Assembly: GCA_965287045.1 (NCBI GenBank)
Contig: OZ336881.1
Location: forward strand, 18,848,001 to 18,912,000
Direction of reading: 5' to 3'
Length of the DNA: 64,000 bases
From: Carcharhinus amblyrhynchos
Taxonomy: Eukaryota
This document shows positions 53,349 through 64,000 of this stretch, piece after piece. The notes under the pieces were generated by a model that was not told where the DNA came from, did no database searches, and worked only from the letters and a program-made list of their open reading frames with translations. Numbering within the stretch: position 1 is the stretch's first letter; each line of letters opens with the position of its first letter. The position numbers were made by a program, and so were the translations under genes.

Positions 53349-54360
53349 ACAGTAAGACCTCTCACACACCAGCTTAAAAGTCCAACAGGTTTATCTGGTA
53401 GCAAACGCCACTAGCTTTCGGGGCGCTGCTCGTTCGTCAGGTGAGTGGGAGTTCTGTTCACAAACAGAGCATATAAAGACACAAATTCAGTTTACAGAAT
53501 AATGATTGGAATGCGAGTCTTTACAGCTAATCAAGTCTTAAAGATACGGACAATGTGAGTGGAGAGAGTGTTAAGCACAGGTTAAAGAGATATGTATTGT
53601 CTACAGACAGGACAGTTAGTGAGATTTTGCAAGTCCAGGCAAATTGTGGGTGTTACAGATAGTCTGACATGAACCCAGGATCCCAGTTGAGCCATCCTCA
53701 TGTGTGCAGATCTTGGCCAGCAGTCTCTGCTCAGCGACTCCGTGCTGTCATGTATTGTGAAGGCCGCCCTGGAGAACACTTACCCGAAAATCAGAGGCCA
53801 AATGCCCATGACCAGTCTTGTCTGGTTAAACAAAGCAGTCTTGCCTTGGGAACAGAAAGTTCTCTTCCTTTTGGGGAGCACTTCAAAGGCTGAATGCTGT
53901 GACCACTAATCTTTGGGTAAGCGTTCTCCAAGGCGGCCTTCACGACAGCACCGAGTCACTGAGCAGAGACTGACAGCCAAGCTCTGCACATGTGAGGATG
54001 GCCTCAACTGCAATCTTGGGTTCATGTCACACTAACTGTAACCCTACAATTTGTCTGGACTTACAAAATCTCACTAACTCCCGTCTGGAGACGATACACA
54101 TCTCTTTAAACTGTGCTCAATGTTCTCTCCACTCATTGTCTATACCTTTAAGACTTGATTAGCTGTAAAGACTCGCATTCCAATCATTATTCTGTAAATT
54201 GAGTTTATGTCTTTATATGACCTGTTTGTGAACAGAACTCCCACTCACCTGACGAAAGCAAGTGGCATTTGCTACCAAATAAACCTGTTGGACTTTAACC
54301 TAGTGTTGTGAGACTTCTTACTGTGTTTACCCCAGTCCAATGCCAGCATCTCCACATCAT
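53349..54360 (+). mobile_element. Older Penelope-like hairpin element of a related family
   Basis: Inverted arms about 53349-53800 / 53905-54325, SLP.GEHF remnant, TSD GTTTGGATTGGT at 53337-53348 and 54361-54372. Confidence 0.88.
53408..53447 (-). ncRNA. Minimal hammerhead ribozyme motif with mismatched stem II
   Basis: CAC CTGACGA A CGAGC agc GCCCC GAAA GCTA GTG on the minus strand. Confidence 0.6.
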
Positions 54361-55226
54361 GTTTGGATTGGTGTCAGATGTTGTCTGATCATCCTGTTAA
54401 GTGCTTTGTGATAACTAACCACATTAAATAAAGGCACTAGACAGCTCAGACTGCAAACAGAATGTGGTTTGGATTCTTCTCATTCCTTTGATGCTTTTCT
54501 AGAACTGTCATTCATTACCATCAATTACTGCTGTGCATTCAGCTGCCAAGGCTTGAAGCTTTGGGATTCCTTCCCTAAATCTCTCCTTTAAAAGTCACAG
54601 AATCCCTGCAGTGCAGAAAGAGGCCATTTGGCCTATTGAATTTGCATTGACTCTGACAGAACATCTTATCCAGGCCCACCCTATCTCTGTAACCCTATGC
54701 ATTTATCCTGCTAATTCCCCTAACTGACATCTCTCTGGACATTATGGGGCAATTTAGCATGACCAATCCATCTACCCTGCACATCTTTGGATACTGGGAG
54801 GAAACACGTGGAATATGAGGGGAGAACATGTAAACTCCACTCAGAGAGTCACCCAAGGCTGGAATCAAACCCGGATCCCTGGTGCTGAGAGGCACCAGTG
54901 CTAACCACTGCTACCATGTCACCTGAACAACTGAAAATTTTTGACTTGGCTGGTGATCATCTTCCCCAATACCTCCGAATGTTTCTACATTTACTACATA
55001 AATGGCACAGTGTAAATACAAGCTGTCATTGGTTAGGCTACAGCCAACAAAACTTTGGATGCAAGATATAACATTTAGCCCCCGCATCCTACATAAGCCT
55101 GAACTCATCACTGCCGAAGCATGGAAAACTGTTCAAAAGTTAGAAATGACTTTTTATTCCATTTGAGGAGCCAATCCAGAGTTTAACTTGAATCCAATAA
55201 ACTTTGTTACAGGACTTATGCTTTAC

Positions 55227-55439
55227 CTGTTGTTCACACATCAACTTGTTAGTTTCCTGACTCTGGGTATTGAGCTGTTCTTGGAGATGCTGCACTTTCT
55301 TCTGTTCCTCCATTAGTTTCAGCTGCAATTCTACCACCTCATTTTTGGGCACTGTGTTGCCAGCCTGCTCCTCTAATTGGTGCACTTGCTGCAAGTATTG
55401 AGACTGGGAGAGCATCAGTCTGGTGTTGGCCTCCAACAA
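55227..55439 (-). CDS. NINL: NINL internal exon (LLEANTRLMLSQSQYLQQV...TVPKNEVVELQLKL...MCEQQ)
   Basis: Acceptor ttttcacccccag|, donor CAG|gtaaag, 213 nt, phase 0/0. Confidence 0.88.
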
Positions 55440-56269
55440 CTGGGGGTGAAAAAGACAACAGCCCTGGTCATTGGAGCAGGAGAGAATCCAGAGGAATTGA
55501 AGTATAGGTTCCGAAATTGCCATTTGACTTATCGCAATTAAACGAGCAATGTCTTTATTGCATTTTCAATAGACCCACTCGTACTGTCTCAGCATACTGA
55601 TTCAAATCATATTTGTATGCATTGATCTGGAAAGCAATTTGTATTTATGTAACACCTTTAACATGGTAAAACATCCCGAGGCACTTATGACTGAACTACG
55701 TGAGATATTAGGACAGCTGATCAGAAGTTAGAGGTAAAGAAGCAGTGAGAACTAGGGAGTGAATGCCTGAGTTAGGGCCCGCCAGCAAAGGCAATTCAAG
55801 AGGCCAAGATGTCAGAATGGAGGAACAGATTTATTTACTTGATGGCACTGTAGGAAACATGGCAATCAATCTGCATAGAAGGTCCCACAAGAGCAATAAA
55901 ATAAATAACCAGATTTTCCTTTCAGTAATATTGTGTGGGCAATGTGTTTTCCAGCTCAGAGGAAATGACCTTGCTCTTTATTGACACAGCACCATGGAAT
56001 GTTTTATGTTTATCGGAGAGGTCAGATATCTGTCCTAATATCATTTCCGACAGCACAGGACTCCAGAATGACTGACATTTTAGATTATCCGCTTGTCTGA
56101 AGAGTAGGGCTTGAACCATATTGCTTTTACAGAGGCTATCCATTAAGTAATAGCCAACACCATAGAGCCCATGTTTTAAATTCATGAAGGAGTCTTGATA
56201 ATGTTTTACGTTAGATTCAAAAAACAAATCAAAATGTACCAGTGACACTGAAGCAACACCATATCTGAT

Positions 56270-57010
56270 TAAACAAAGAACAAAGAAAATTACAGCACAG
56301 GAACAGGCCCTTCATCTCTCCAAGCCTGCACCGACCATGCTGTCTGACTTAAAGCTCCCCACCCTTCCATGGACCATATCTCTCTATTCCCCATCCTATT
56401 CATGTATTTGTCAAGAGGCCCCTTAAAAGTCACTACTGTATCTGCTTCCATTAACTTCCCCAGCAACAAGTTCCAGGCACCCACTACCCTCTGCGTACAA
56501 AATCTGCCTCATGCATCTCCTTTAAACCTTGCCCTTCGCACTTTAAACCTGTGCCCCCGAGTAATCAACTTTTTCATCCTGGGAAAAAGCTTCTGACCAT
56601 CCACTCTGACCATGCCTCTCATAATCTTGTAGACTTCTATCAGGTCACCCCTCAACCTCCGTCCTTCCAATGAAAACAAACCAAGTTTCTCCAACTTCTC
56701 GTAGCTGATGCCCTCCATACCAGGCAATATCATGATAAATCTTTTCTGTAACCTCTCCAAAGCCTCCACATCCTTCTGGTAGTGTGGTGACCAGAATTGA
56801 ACACTATATTCCAAGTGCAGCCTAATTAAGGTTCTATAAACCTGCAATATGACTTGCCAATTTTTAAACTCAATGCTCCAGCCAGTGAAGACAAGCATGC
56901 CATTTGCCTTCTTGACTACCTTCTCCACCTGCATTGCCACTTTCTGATCTGTACACCCAGATCTCTTTGCCTATCACTACTCTTAAGGGTTCTACCATTT
57001 ACTGTATACA
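56270..57010 (-). mobile_element. CR1 LINE 3' fragment
   Basis: ORF 56509-56940 KKANGML...HLEYSVQFWSP...RGDLIEVYKIM. Confidence 0.92.
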
Positions 57011-57459
57011 AGCCCTACTTGTATTTGCTTCCATGCATCTTTCTTTCCCATAATAAACAATTTGTACTTTGGCCTAAAATCTGTGGACTTGCAACAATGT
57101 TTTGCCATTCTGTCATAAATCAAAAGCTATCTTTGGTTTGCCACATGTAAATTGCTCTGGATCTCAGATCCAAACTGCAACAAGTGGTATGGCAAACTGT
57201 AAAATCTTAATCTAATGATACATAATTTGCAATTTTTGGGGCTTCAGGAAGAAATCAGTTCGCAATGTTGCAATTCTTCAGGGCATGGGAAATGAAGGAG
57301 TACTGACTATTTTGTTACAGTAATCAATCGCTATTATCACTTCATGAAATTTTCTTCCTGGTTATAAACCTTGAAATAAGAATGTTCTTTTTGGAAGTTT
57401 AATACAAAGTATTTCCTATTACGTCCCCTGTATACAATATCAGGAGATTTGTAACCATA

Positions 57460-57765
57460 ATCAAGGCTGATAATCCCGTTTCTAAGGGAGTGCACTGTCA
57501 GAGGTGCCATCTTTCAAATGAGATGTAAAACTAAGACTCCCATCTGCCTCCTAGGTGGATATAAAAGATCACACAAGCACTGTTTTGAAGAAGAGCAAAG
57601 GAGTTCTCCTAGGTGTCCTGGCAATATTTATCCTACAAACATCGCTTTAAAAACCAATGACCTGATTATTACAACTTTGCTGTTTGCGCAATCGTGTCAA
57701 ATTAGCCCCATGTTTTCTGCATGACAAGAGTGACTATACTTCACAAGTGTTTAATGGTTTGGATC
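57460..57765 (+). mobile_element. Deu-domain SINE (AmnSINE1/SacSINE1-like)
   Basis: gcactgtcagaggtgcc.tcttt...ggtggat.taaaagatc...gaagaagagca...gtgtcctggc core; more copies at about 1290-1620(+), 4600-5160(+), 18150-18640(-), 55830-56150(-). Confidence 0.7.
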
Positions 57766-59492
57766 GTCATCCTTTGCTCCATATTGATTCTGGGCTGAAT
57801 GAGATTCCTCTTACCACCAAAAGCAACTTGGACATAGTTATAAGTAATTGTAAGTACGTAGGCTATATTAAATTTTTCTTAAACTTAGACTGCACATTAA
57901 GAAACATTACCGTCTTTACACAGACTGTTTTGTGACCTGTCCATTCAGAGTCCCTTGGTCATCTGATCGAATGTCATGCTCACATCATTGTCTAATCAAC
58001 ATAAATATTAACTCTGCATTTAATTGGCTATAAAGTACTTTGGGGTGTCTGTAGACCATGGAAGGCATGATATAAATAAAGGTTCTTTAACATAAAACCA
58101 AAAATCTAACAAAACTTGCTTCTTCCCCCTTATCCAAGATGACATTCAACATTGAAAACTGAAACCAGGCTTCGAGACAAAGTAGTAGACAAAGAATACC
58201 TCCCTCTATACAACTGGATCCTTTTCAATTCATTTCCTGACCAGTAACAGCTGATTGTACAGCACTAATTGGCAGATACTGGCCAAGGGAATGAATGGCA
58301 GCACTGCAATAGCATCAAGGGATATTCGAAGCCTCATTCTGTTTGCCAGGGTGTAATCTGAACCCTCCACGGGTGGAGCAGCATTTAACAACAACTTGCA
58401 TTTAAACAGCACCTCTAAAATGGTAAAACATCCCAGGATACTTCAGAGAAGCATAACCAGCCAACATCTGACTTGATCCAAAAAAAAGAATAATTAGGTG
58501 GGGTGATCAAAAGCTTGGTTAAAGAGTTAGTTTAAGGAGTGTCATAAAGGGAGAGAAAGAGGTTTAGAGAGGGAATTAGCATTGCAGTTGCACCTGAGCC
58601 AGTTATCATAGAATCATAGAAATAGAATTATAGAAACCCTACAGTGCAGAAGGATGCCATTTGGCCCATTGAGTCCGCACTGACAATCCCACCCAGGCCC
58701 TACCCCCATATCCCTACATATTTACCTGCTAATTCCTCTAACCTACACATCTCACGACTCGAAGGGGCAATGTTTTGCAGGCCAGTCAATCTAACCCGCA
58801 CATCTTTGGACTGTGGGAGGAAACCGGAGCACACGGAGGAAATCCATGCAGACACGAGGAGAATGTGCAAATGTCACACAGCTTATAGAGTCAGGGTTAG
58901 AAAAGATCATAGAGGAACACTGATGTGAGAATGAAAGTTTTAGAAGTGAGGCAGTAGCAGACCAGGATCCAATGTGAATCAGCAGACTCACAGATGTCAG
59001 GTGAATGGGACTTGGTCAGAGTAACAATTGAGTTGAGCTTAAGTTTATGGAAAGTGGAACCCAGAGGATCATCTACACCTGGAAGAATGTTTTCACCAAT
59101 CGCTCTCAATCCAACTAAGAAAGTGCAACTCAATAAAGCGACAACATGGTTTTTAAGTTAAATACGGGTCTCATGTAACTGCAATGTCCTTTCCCTGTTT
59201 AAAGCAAACATTGAAGATCTTGAGTTCTTATCCTCATATCACTTCTGAAAAAAGTTCCTTTAATAAATTGGCTAGTTGGCTTGGCAAATCCAAATAAACT
59301 GTGCAACAGAGGCCAAACTCCAAATCTTAGTTAACTGAGATAGAGATCCTGCAGACTAAAATAGAGCTCATCAAATAAGACACTGAATGTAGTCACAGAA
59401 AGTGGGCAGGAATCCAGAAACAAAATAACTTGTTTGATGTGAACTATTATCAGATCAGTCATGATCTCAGTGAATGGTGATTCAGATTCTGA

Positions 59493-60770
59493 GGCGCCGA
59501 TTTTACCATCGCATTGTACCTGTTCTCAGGCGCAATGCGGTGGTAAAGTGGGGGTAGAACGCTTAGCGCAATTGGCGCCAGTTTTCACGAACTGCGCTAT
59601 TTTATGAGTGCCGAATTTCCAGTGCGGTCGGCCTCTCGCCGGAAATGGGCGAGACGCAGGTTGATGCATTCAAACTCATTGTAATGTTGTTCAGCATCTG
59701 CTTAGTGAGCCCGGCACTCAATGTCTGGGCTTGGCCCCCTTCATGACCTTGCCAGGAAAGGTTCGTGCTGGCGAGGAATTCCCATGAATGGGAAGCAGTC
59801 AACTTGGCCTCGCCGATGGAACCAAAGGCCACTGAAGCCCCCCTGGGAGGCTGTGAGCAAGGGTTTGGTGCCCCTTGGGCAGTACCAGACTGACAGTGCG
59901 ACCCTAACACCTGGGGCAATGCCCACTGGGCAGTGCCAAGGAGTGGGGCTAATGGGGTACCATTCAGCAGCTATCGGTGGGGGGGGAGGGAGAGGGGCTA
60001 ATGGAAGTCTGCTGCCACTCTGCAGCTAATCGGTGGGGGGGCAGGAGGAGGGAGAGGGGCTAATGGAAGTCTGCTGCCACTCTGCAGCTATCGGTGGGGG
60101 GGGGGGGGGGGAGGTGGGAGGAGGCTAATTGGGGTCTGCTGNNNNNNNNNNNNNNNNNNNNNNNNNNNNNNNNNNNNNNNNNNNNNNNNNNNNNNNNNNN
60201 NNNNNNNNNNNNNNNNNNNNNNNNNNNNNNNNNNNNNNNNNNNNNNNNNNNNNNNNNNNNNNNNNNNNNNNNNNNNNNNNNNNNNNNNNNNNNNNNNNNN
60301 NNNNNNNNNNNNNNNNNNNNNTGCTGCCACTCTGCAGTGATCGGTGGGAGGGGTTCCATTGCCACTGCTGCGATTGGGGGTCGGGGGGGAGAAACAGCGG
60401 GGCCACGATCAGCAGGGGCTGCATCCTGGGCCATGGGCCCCCACAATTGCAGGCGGGAGTGGGGGAGCTGCTTCAGGCTGCCTGCACTGGCAGGGCCCTG
60501 ATAGCGCTCCCTTTTCTGTTAGACTCCTGCTAACGCTAATGCGCATGTGCAGCAACAGAGACCTGCACATGTGCATTACCTCCCTCTGCAGGGATTCGGG
60601 TGCATTAAGTCCCACTCACAGACTTCTACAGCGAGCAACAGGCTTGCTGACATTTTTTGCAGGCAGCATGTGTATGGAGGGGGTCTGAAAACATGCCCAA
60701 AAGACGGATCTAAAACTTTCCCAGTTTCAAGTTCACCCAACATTTAGGAAAAAAAAGGTAAAATCTCCCC
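59493..60770. mobile_element. Non-autonomous PIF/Harbinger-like DNA transposon (spans assembly gap)
   Basis: TIR-like GGCGCCGATTTTACC ... GGTAAAATCTCCCC, 3-bp TGA duplication, splits a CR1 3' UTR; GC-rich interior with tandem subrepeats. Confidence 0.65.
60142..60321. other. Assembly gap (180 N)
   Basis: Run of N flanked by G-rich tandem units ctgctgccactctgcag. Confidence 0.99.
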
Positions 60771-61185
60771 TGATGGCCTCCTTCTGCTCCTATGTCTTAC
60801 GGTCTTATTGTATCGATGCTACCATTCAAAAAAAAACAAAATGGAAAGTAAATTTGTTATTCAACTAATACATCCTTGTTGTGCAAGGTGAACTGGTAGG
60901 ATTCTTTGGTTATAATCTAAGCATTGATGTTTTCCCATTTTTGTCATTTCTGAAATACAAGATGTTAAATACCTTCCTTATTTCTAAAAAAACAGAAAAG
61001 CTCAAAGTAAAATATATACCGTAACTTGCATTCAATCACACGCATACACATTGTATCAACAACATCCTGTATTTATATGCAGTCTTTAATACAGAAAACT
61101 GTCCCACAGGAATGTTATCAGACAGAAATAGGATACCAGTTAACGGGGTGGGTTTTGAGGAGGATTTTAAAGGAGGGGCGTGTAC

Positions 61186-61299
61186 CTGTTCCTGAGATTC
61201 CATCAGACCAGATTCCCATTTTGCTTGTTTGTCTTGTAAAGTCTGACATCCCTTTCGCATAGATTCCAATTCCGTCTCCAGGATATGCATTTGGCTGAT
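61186..61299 (-). CDS. NINL: NINL internal exon (ISQMHILETELESMRKGCQTLQDKQAKWESGLMESQEQ)
   Basis: Acceptor ctgtaccag|, donor CAG|gtacac, 114 nt, phase 0/0; resembles the NINL ELE...QSLQ...EESQDQ segment. Confidence 0.82.
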
Positions 61300-62254
61300 C
61301 TGGTACAGTCACATCAACAACATTTCAATAATAGGTGCATAATAGTGCACTAACATATTGGACATATATTAGTTTTACCATTAATATAAGATTTTGTCCT
61401 TCCAAACTTGAGATTTTGTCGGGCTATTTTATAATCACAATATACCATTATAAATTGACGAGGCATCAAACGAAATGACAGGCAAACTTTGGTCATAAAG
61501 ATAAGAAATCAGCATATATGCAGATCTCATAGAGGCTAGCAATGCTGTAGACTAATTCCAGTCCAACCTGTAAAACATCCCACAACACTGCTCAACTTAA
61601 TCCCATTACCTAATCATTTGGTTCATGAAAGTAAATTAAGACATGAGCTGAAAAACAAATAGATTTGTGTAGTAGCAATTGGCAACTATCCATTAACTTC
61701 CCACTGTTCCACTTAGAAAGGCACGCTTGTGTTTGCTGTAAATTCTAAGTTCAATTTATATTAAAAACAACTGGTACTACGCTTTGAGGAACAAAGCATT
61801 GTACCAGCCAGACTTGGAAGTAAGGGAAGTTATTATGTTGTCCCAACTAATCATTGCTCAGTTTAAAAATAATTGTCAACCCCTCCAGCTGTGTAGTTGA
61901 CTGCAAAATTTCACTGTGAAGTCAGAAAGGGGTTCTAACCTACACTGAAATTTAACTCAGTTTATGCACAAGGTAGTTTAGCATGAAAACTTTTCTATAG
62001 CATCTTTATTGAGCAGTTTTACACCTCCCACAACCACTGACATTTATTCTTGCATAAATGGGGAGGCAATGGTGGCACAGTGGTTAGCACTGCAGCCTCA
62101 CAGCGCTAGGGACCCAGGTTCAATTCCAGCCTGGGGTAACCGTCTGTGTGGAGTTTGCACATTCTCCCCTTATCTGCGTGATCTTGGTGTTGCAATCTCA
62201 GATGCACAAATCACACACCTTTAAAAGGTATTGTTCTGAATCCAGACTCATTTC

Positions 62255-62510
62255 GGGCGACACGGTAGCACAGTGGCTAGCATTGCTGCTTCACAGCACC
62301 AGGGACCCGGGTTCGATTCCCAGATTGGGTCACTGTCGGTGTGGAGTTTGCATGTTCTCACCATGTCTGTGTGCTCCGGTTTCCTCCCACATTCTGAAAG
62401 ACATGCTTGTTAGGTGCATTGACCTGAACCAGCGCCAGACTGTGGTGACTTGGGGAATTTCACAGTAACGTCATTGCAGTGAAGCCTTACTTGTGACTAA
62501 TAAACAAACA
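62255..62510 (+). mobile_element. tRNA SINE, second subfamily (same head, different tail ...ttcacagtaac.tcattgcagtg...cttgtgactaataa)
   Basis: A/B boxes; sibling copies at about 33655-33920(+) and 4815-5056(-). Confidence 0.85.
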
Positions 62511-62646
62511 TTACATAAATCTACTTAAAAGTTGTTACTGCAATGATATTATTATGATGTGGGTATGCCGGCGTTGGACTGGCGTAAACACAGTAAAAAG
62601 TCTGACAACACCAGGTTTTAGTCCAACCTATTTATTTGATAATATA

Positions 62647-62686
62647 CTCGCAAGCTTTCGAGGGGTTACCCTCTTCGTCAGGTGAA
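62647..62686 (-). ncRNA. Minimal hammerhead ribozyme motif, sense to NINL pre-mRNA
   Basis: Exact reverse complement of the 63416-63455 motif. Confidence 0.75.
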
Positions 62687-63415
62687 TGGAGAGTTCTGGC
62701 CTCAGACAGAGCATATAAAGCACAGACAGTTTAGAGATTACTGATTAAAATGCGAATCCTTACACCTAACCTGCTGTTCAAGACCTGAAGTGGCTGATAA
62801 TGTGAGTGGTAGGAGCACTGATCACAGTTTAAAGAGATGTGTATTGTCTCCAGACAGTACAGTAAGTGAGGTTTTGCAAACCCAGGCAAGTCACGGGGGT
62901 TACAGATAGTGCGACATGAACCCAAGATCCCTGTTGAGACCGTCCTCATGTGTGCGGAACTTGGCTATCAGTCTCTGCTCAGCGACTCTGCGCTGTCGTG
63001 TGTTGTGAAGGCCGCCTTGGAGAATGCTTACCCGAAGGTCAGAGGCTGAATGCCCGTGACCACTGAAGTGTTCGCCAACAGGAAGGGAACAGTCTTGCCT
63101 GGTGACTGTCGAGCGATGTTCATTCATCCGTTGTCGTAGCGTCTGCATGGTCTCCCCAATGTACCATGCTTCGGGACATCCTTTCTTGCAACGTATCAGG
63201 TAGATACGTGACTTGCCTGGGTTTGCAAAACCTCACTTACTGTACTGTCTGGAGACAATACACATCTCTTTAAACTGTGATCAGTGCTCCTACCACTCAC
63301 ATTATCAGCCACTTCAGGTCTTGAACAGCAGGTTAGGTGTAAGGATTCGCATTTTAATCAGTAATCTCTAAACTGTCTGTGCTTTATATGCTCTGTCTGA
63401 GGCCAGAACTCTCCA

Positions 63416-63455
63416 TTCACCTGACGAAGAGGGTAACCCCTCGAAAGCTTGCGAG
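63416..63455 (+). ncRNA. Minimal type I hammerhead ribozyme motif (pLTR copy)
   Basis: CAC CTGACGA A GAGGG taac CCCTC GAAA GCTT GCG: intact core boxes and 5-bp stem II. Confidence 0.75.
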
Positions 63456-63592
63456 TATATTATCAAATAAATAGGTTGGACTAAAACCTGGTGTTGTCAG
63501 ACTTTTTACTATGATATTATTATCCAGAAAGTAAGGTTAACGTCACTGCTCAGTACTATAGCTGTACTCCAATTAACAAGCAAATACAATAC

Positions 63593-63739
63593 CTTGTCCT
63601 TTGCTTCTTGCAATGACTTTGTAATGGATCCCATCTCCTGTGCCAGTGCTAGGTTCTCCTGTTGCTTTCCTTGGAGTTCAAGCTTCAGATAGTCTCGTTC
63701 AGAATGTGCTCGTTCCAAATTCAATTCTAGGTTCGTCAT
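63593..63739 (-). CDS. NINL: NINL (ninein-like) internal coiled-coil exon (MTNLELNLERAHSERDYLKLELQGKQQENLALAQEMGSITKSLQEAKDK)
   Basis: Branch-like TACTGAC plus ttcag| acceptor, donor AAG|gtattg, 147 nt, phase 0/0, coiled-coil composition, in frame with downstream exons. Confidence 0.8.
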
Positions 63740-64000
63740 CTGAATTTGGGTCAGTATGTATGATTAGAAAACTTGTGCATTTGCTATTCCTCCATCGCCC
63801 CCACTCCCACGTAAATAGTTAAAAATCTTGTTTTACTACAACCAACAATGCACAGGAGCTCAGTTTTGTTGAAATGCTCAAGATAAAATCTCTTTAAGTT
63901 TGCTTACCATCTAGACAAAGATGTGATAAAAAAAGTTTTTGGATTAAGTCACTACTTCTCCCCTCTGCTTGACAACACACACTGTGGTTAAATTTGTAAA

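Larger units (their letters stand above)
62556..63510 (-). mobile_element. Penelope-like element, 5'-truncated, with inverted pseudo-LTR and GIY-YIG domain
   Basis: IYLIRCKKGCPEAWYIGETMQTLRQRMNEH...EQRLIAKFRTHEDGLN (63205-62900); 304-bp inverted repeat 62592-62895 / 63207-63510; TSD ATGATATTATTAT at 62543-62555 and 63511-63523. Confidence 0.92.

Noticed and set aside
60060-60533. ORFs spanning 60.1-60.5 kb
   Set aside because: Artefacts of reading through the N gap.
62900-63148. Expressed stand-alone GIY-YIG nuclease
   Set aside because: The first in-frame ATG is downstream of the YIG motif and a TGA lies 10 codons upstream of the domain.

Overview
Vertebrate genomic DNA, most likely a shark or other elasmobranch (HE1-type tRNA SINEs, Deu-domain SINEs, abundant CR1 LINEs, Penelope-like elements). 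It carries the ABHD12(-) / GINS1(+) / NINL(-) block: the first coding exon of ABHD12 (16991-17169), the complete 7-exon GINS1/PSF1 CDS (23632-48501, 591 nt, 196 aa) and the last five coding exons of NINL (63739-50517). Introns are transposon-rich. Most notable: (i) two copies of a composite, multimeric U2-snRNA-derived interspersed repeat, each sense in intron 1 of its host gene; (ii) two Penelope-like hairpin insertions with TSDs, a GIY-YIG domain and minimal hammerhead ribozymes in NINL introns; (iii) a young tail-to-tail pair of open-frame CR1 RT copies in GINS1 intron 1; (iv) evidence that ABHD12 has an upstream non-coding exon, possibly from the GINS1 E2F/NF-Y promoter. A 180-N assembly gap lies at 60142-60321. 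All calls are by eye; no database search was run, so novelty is unverified.
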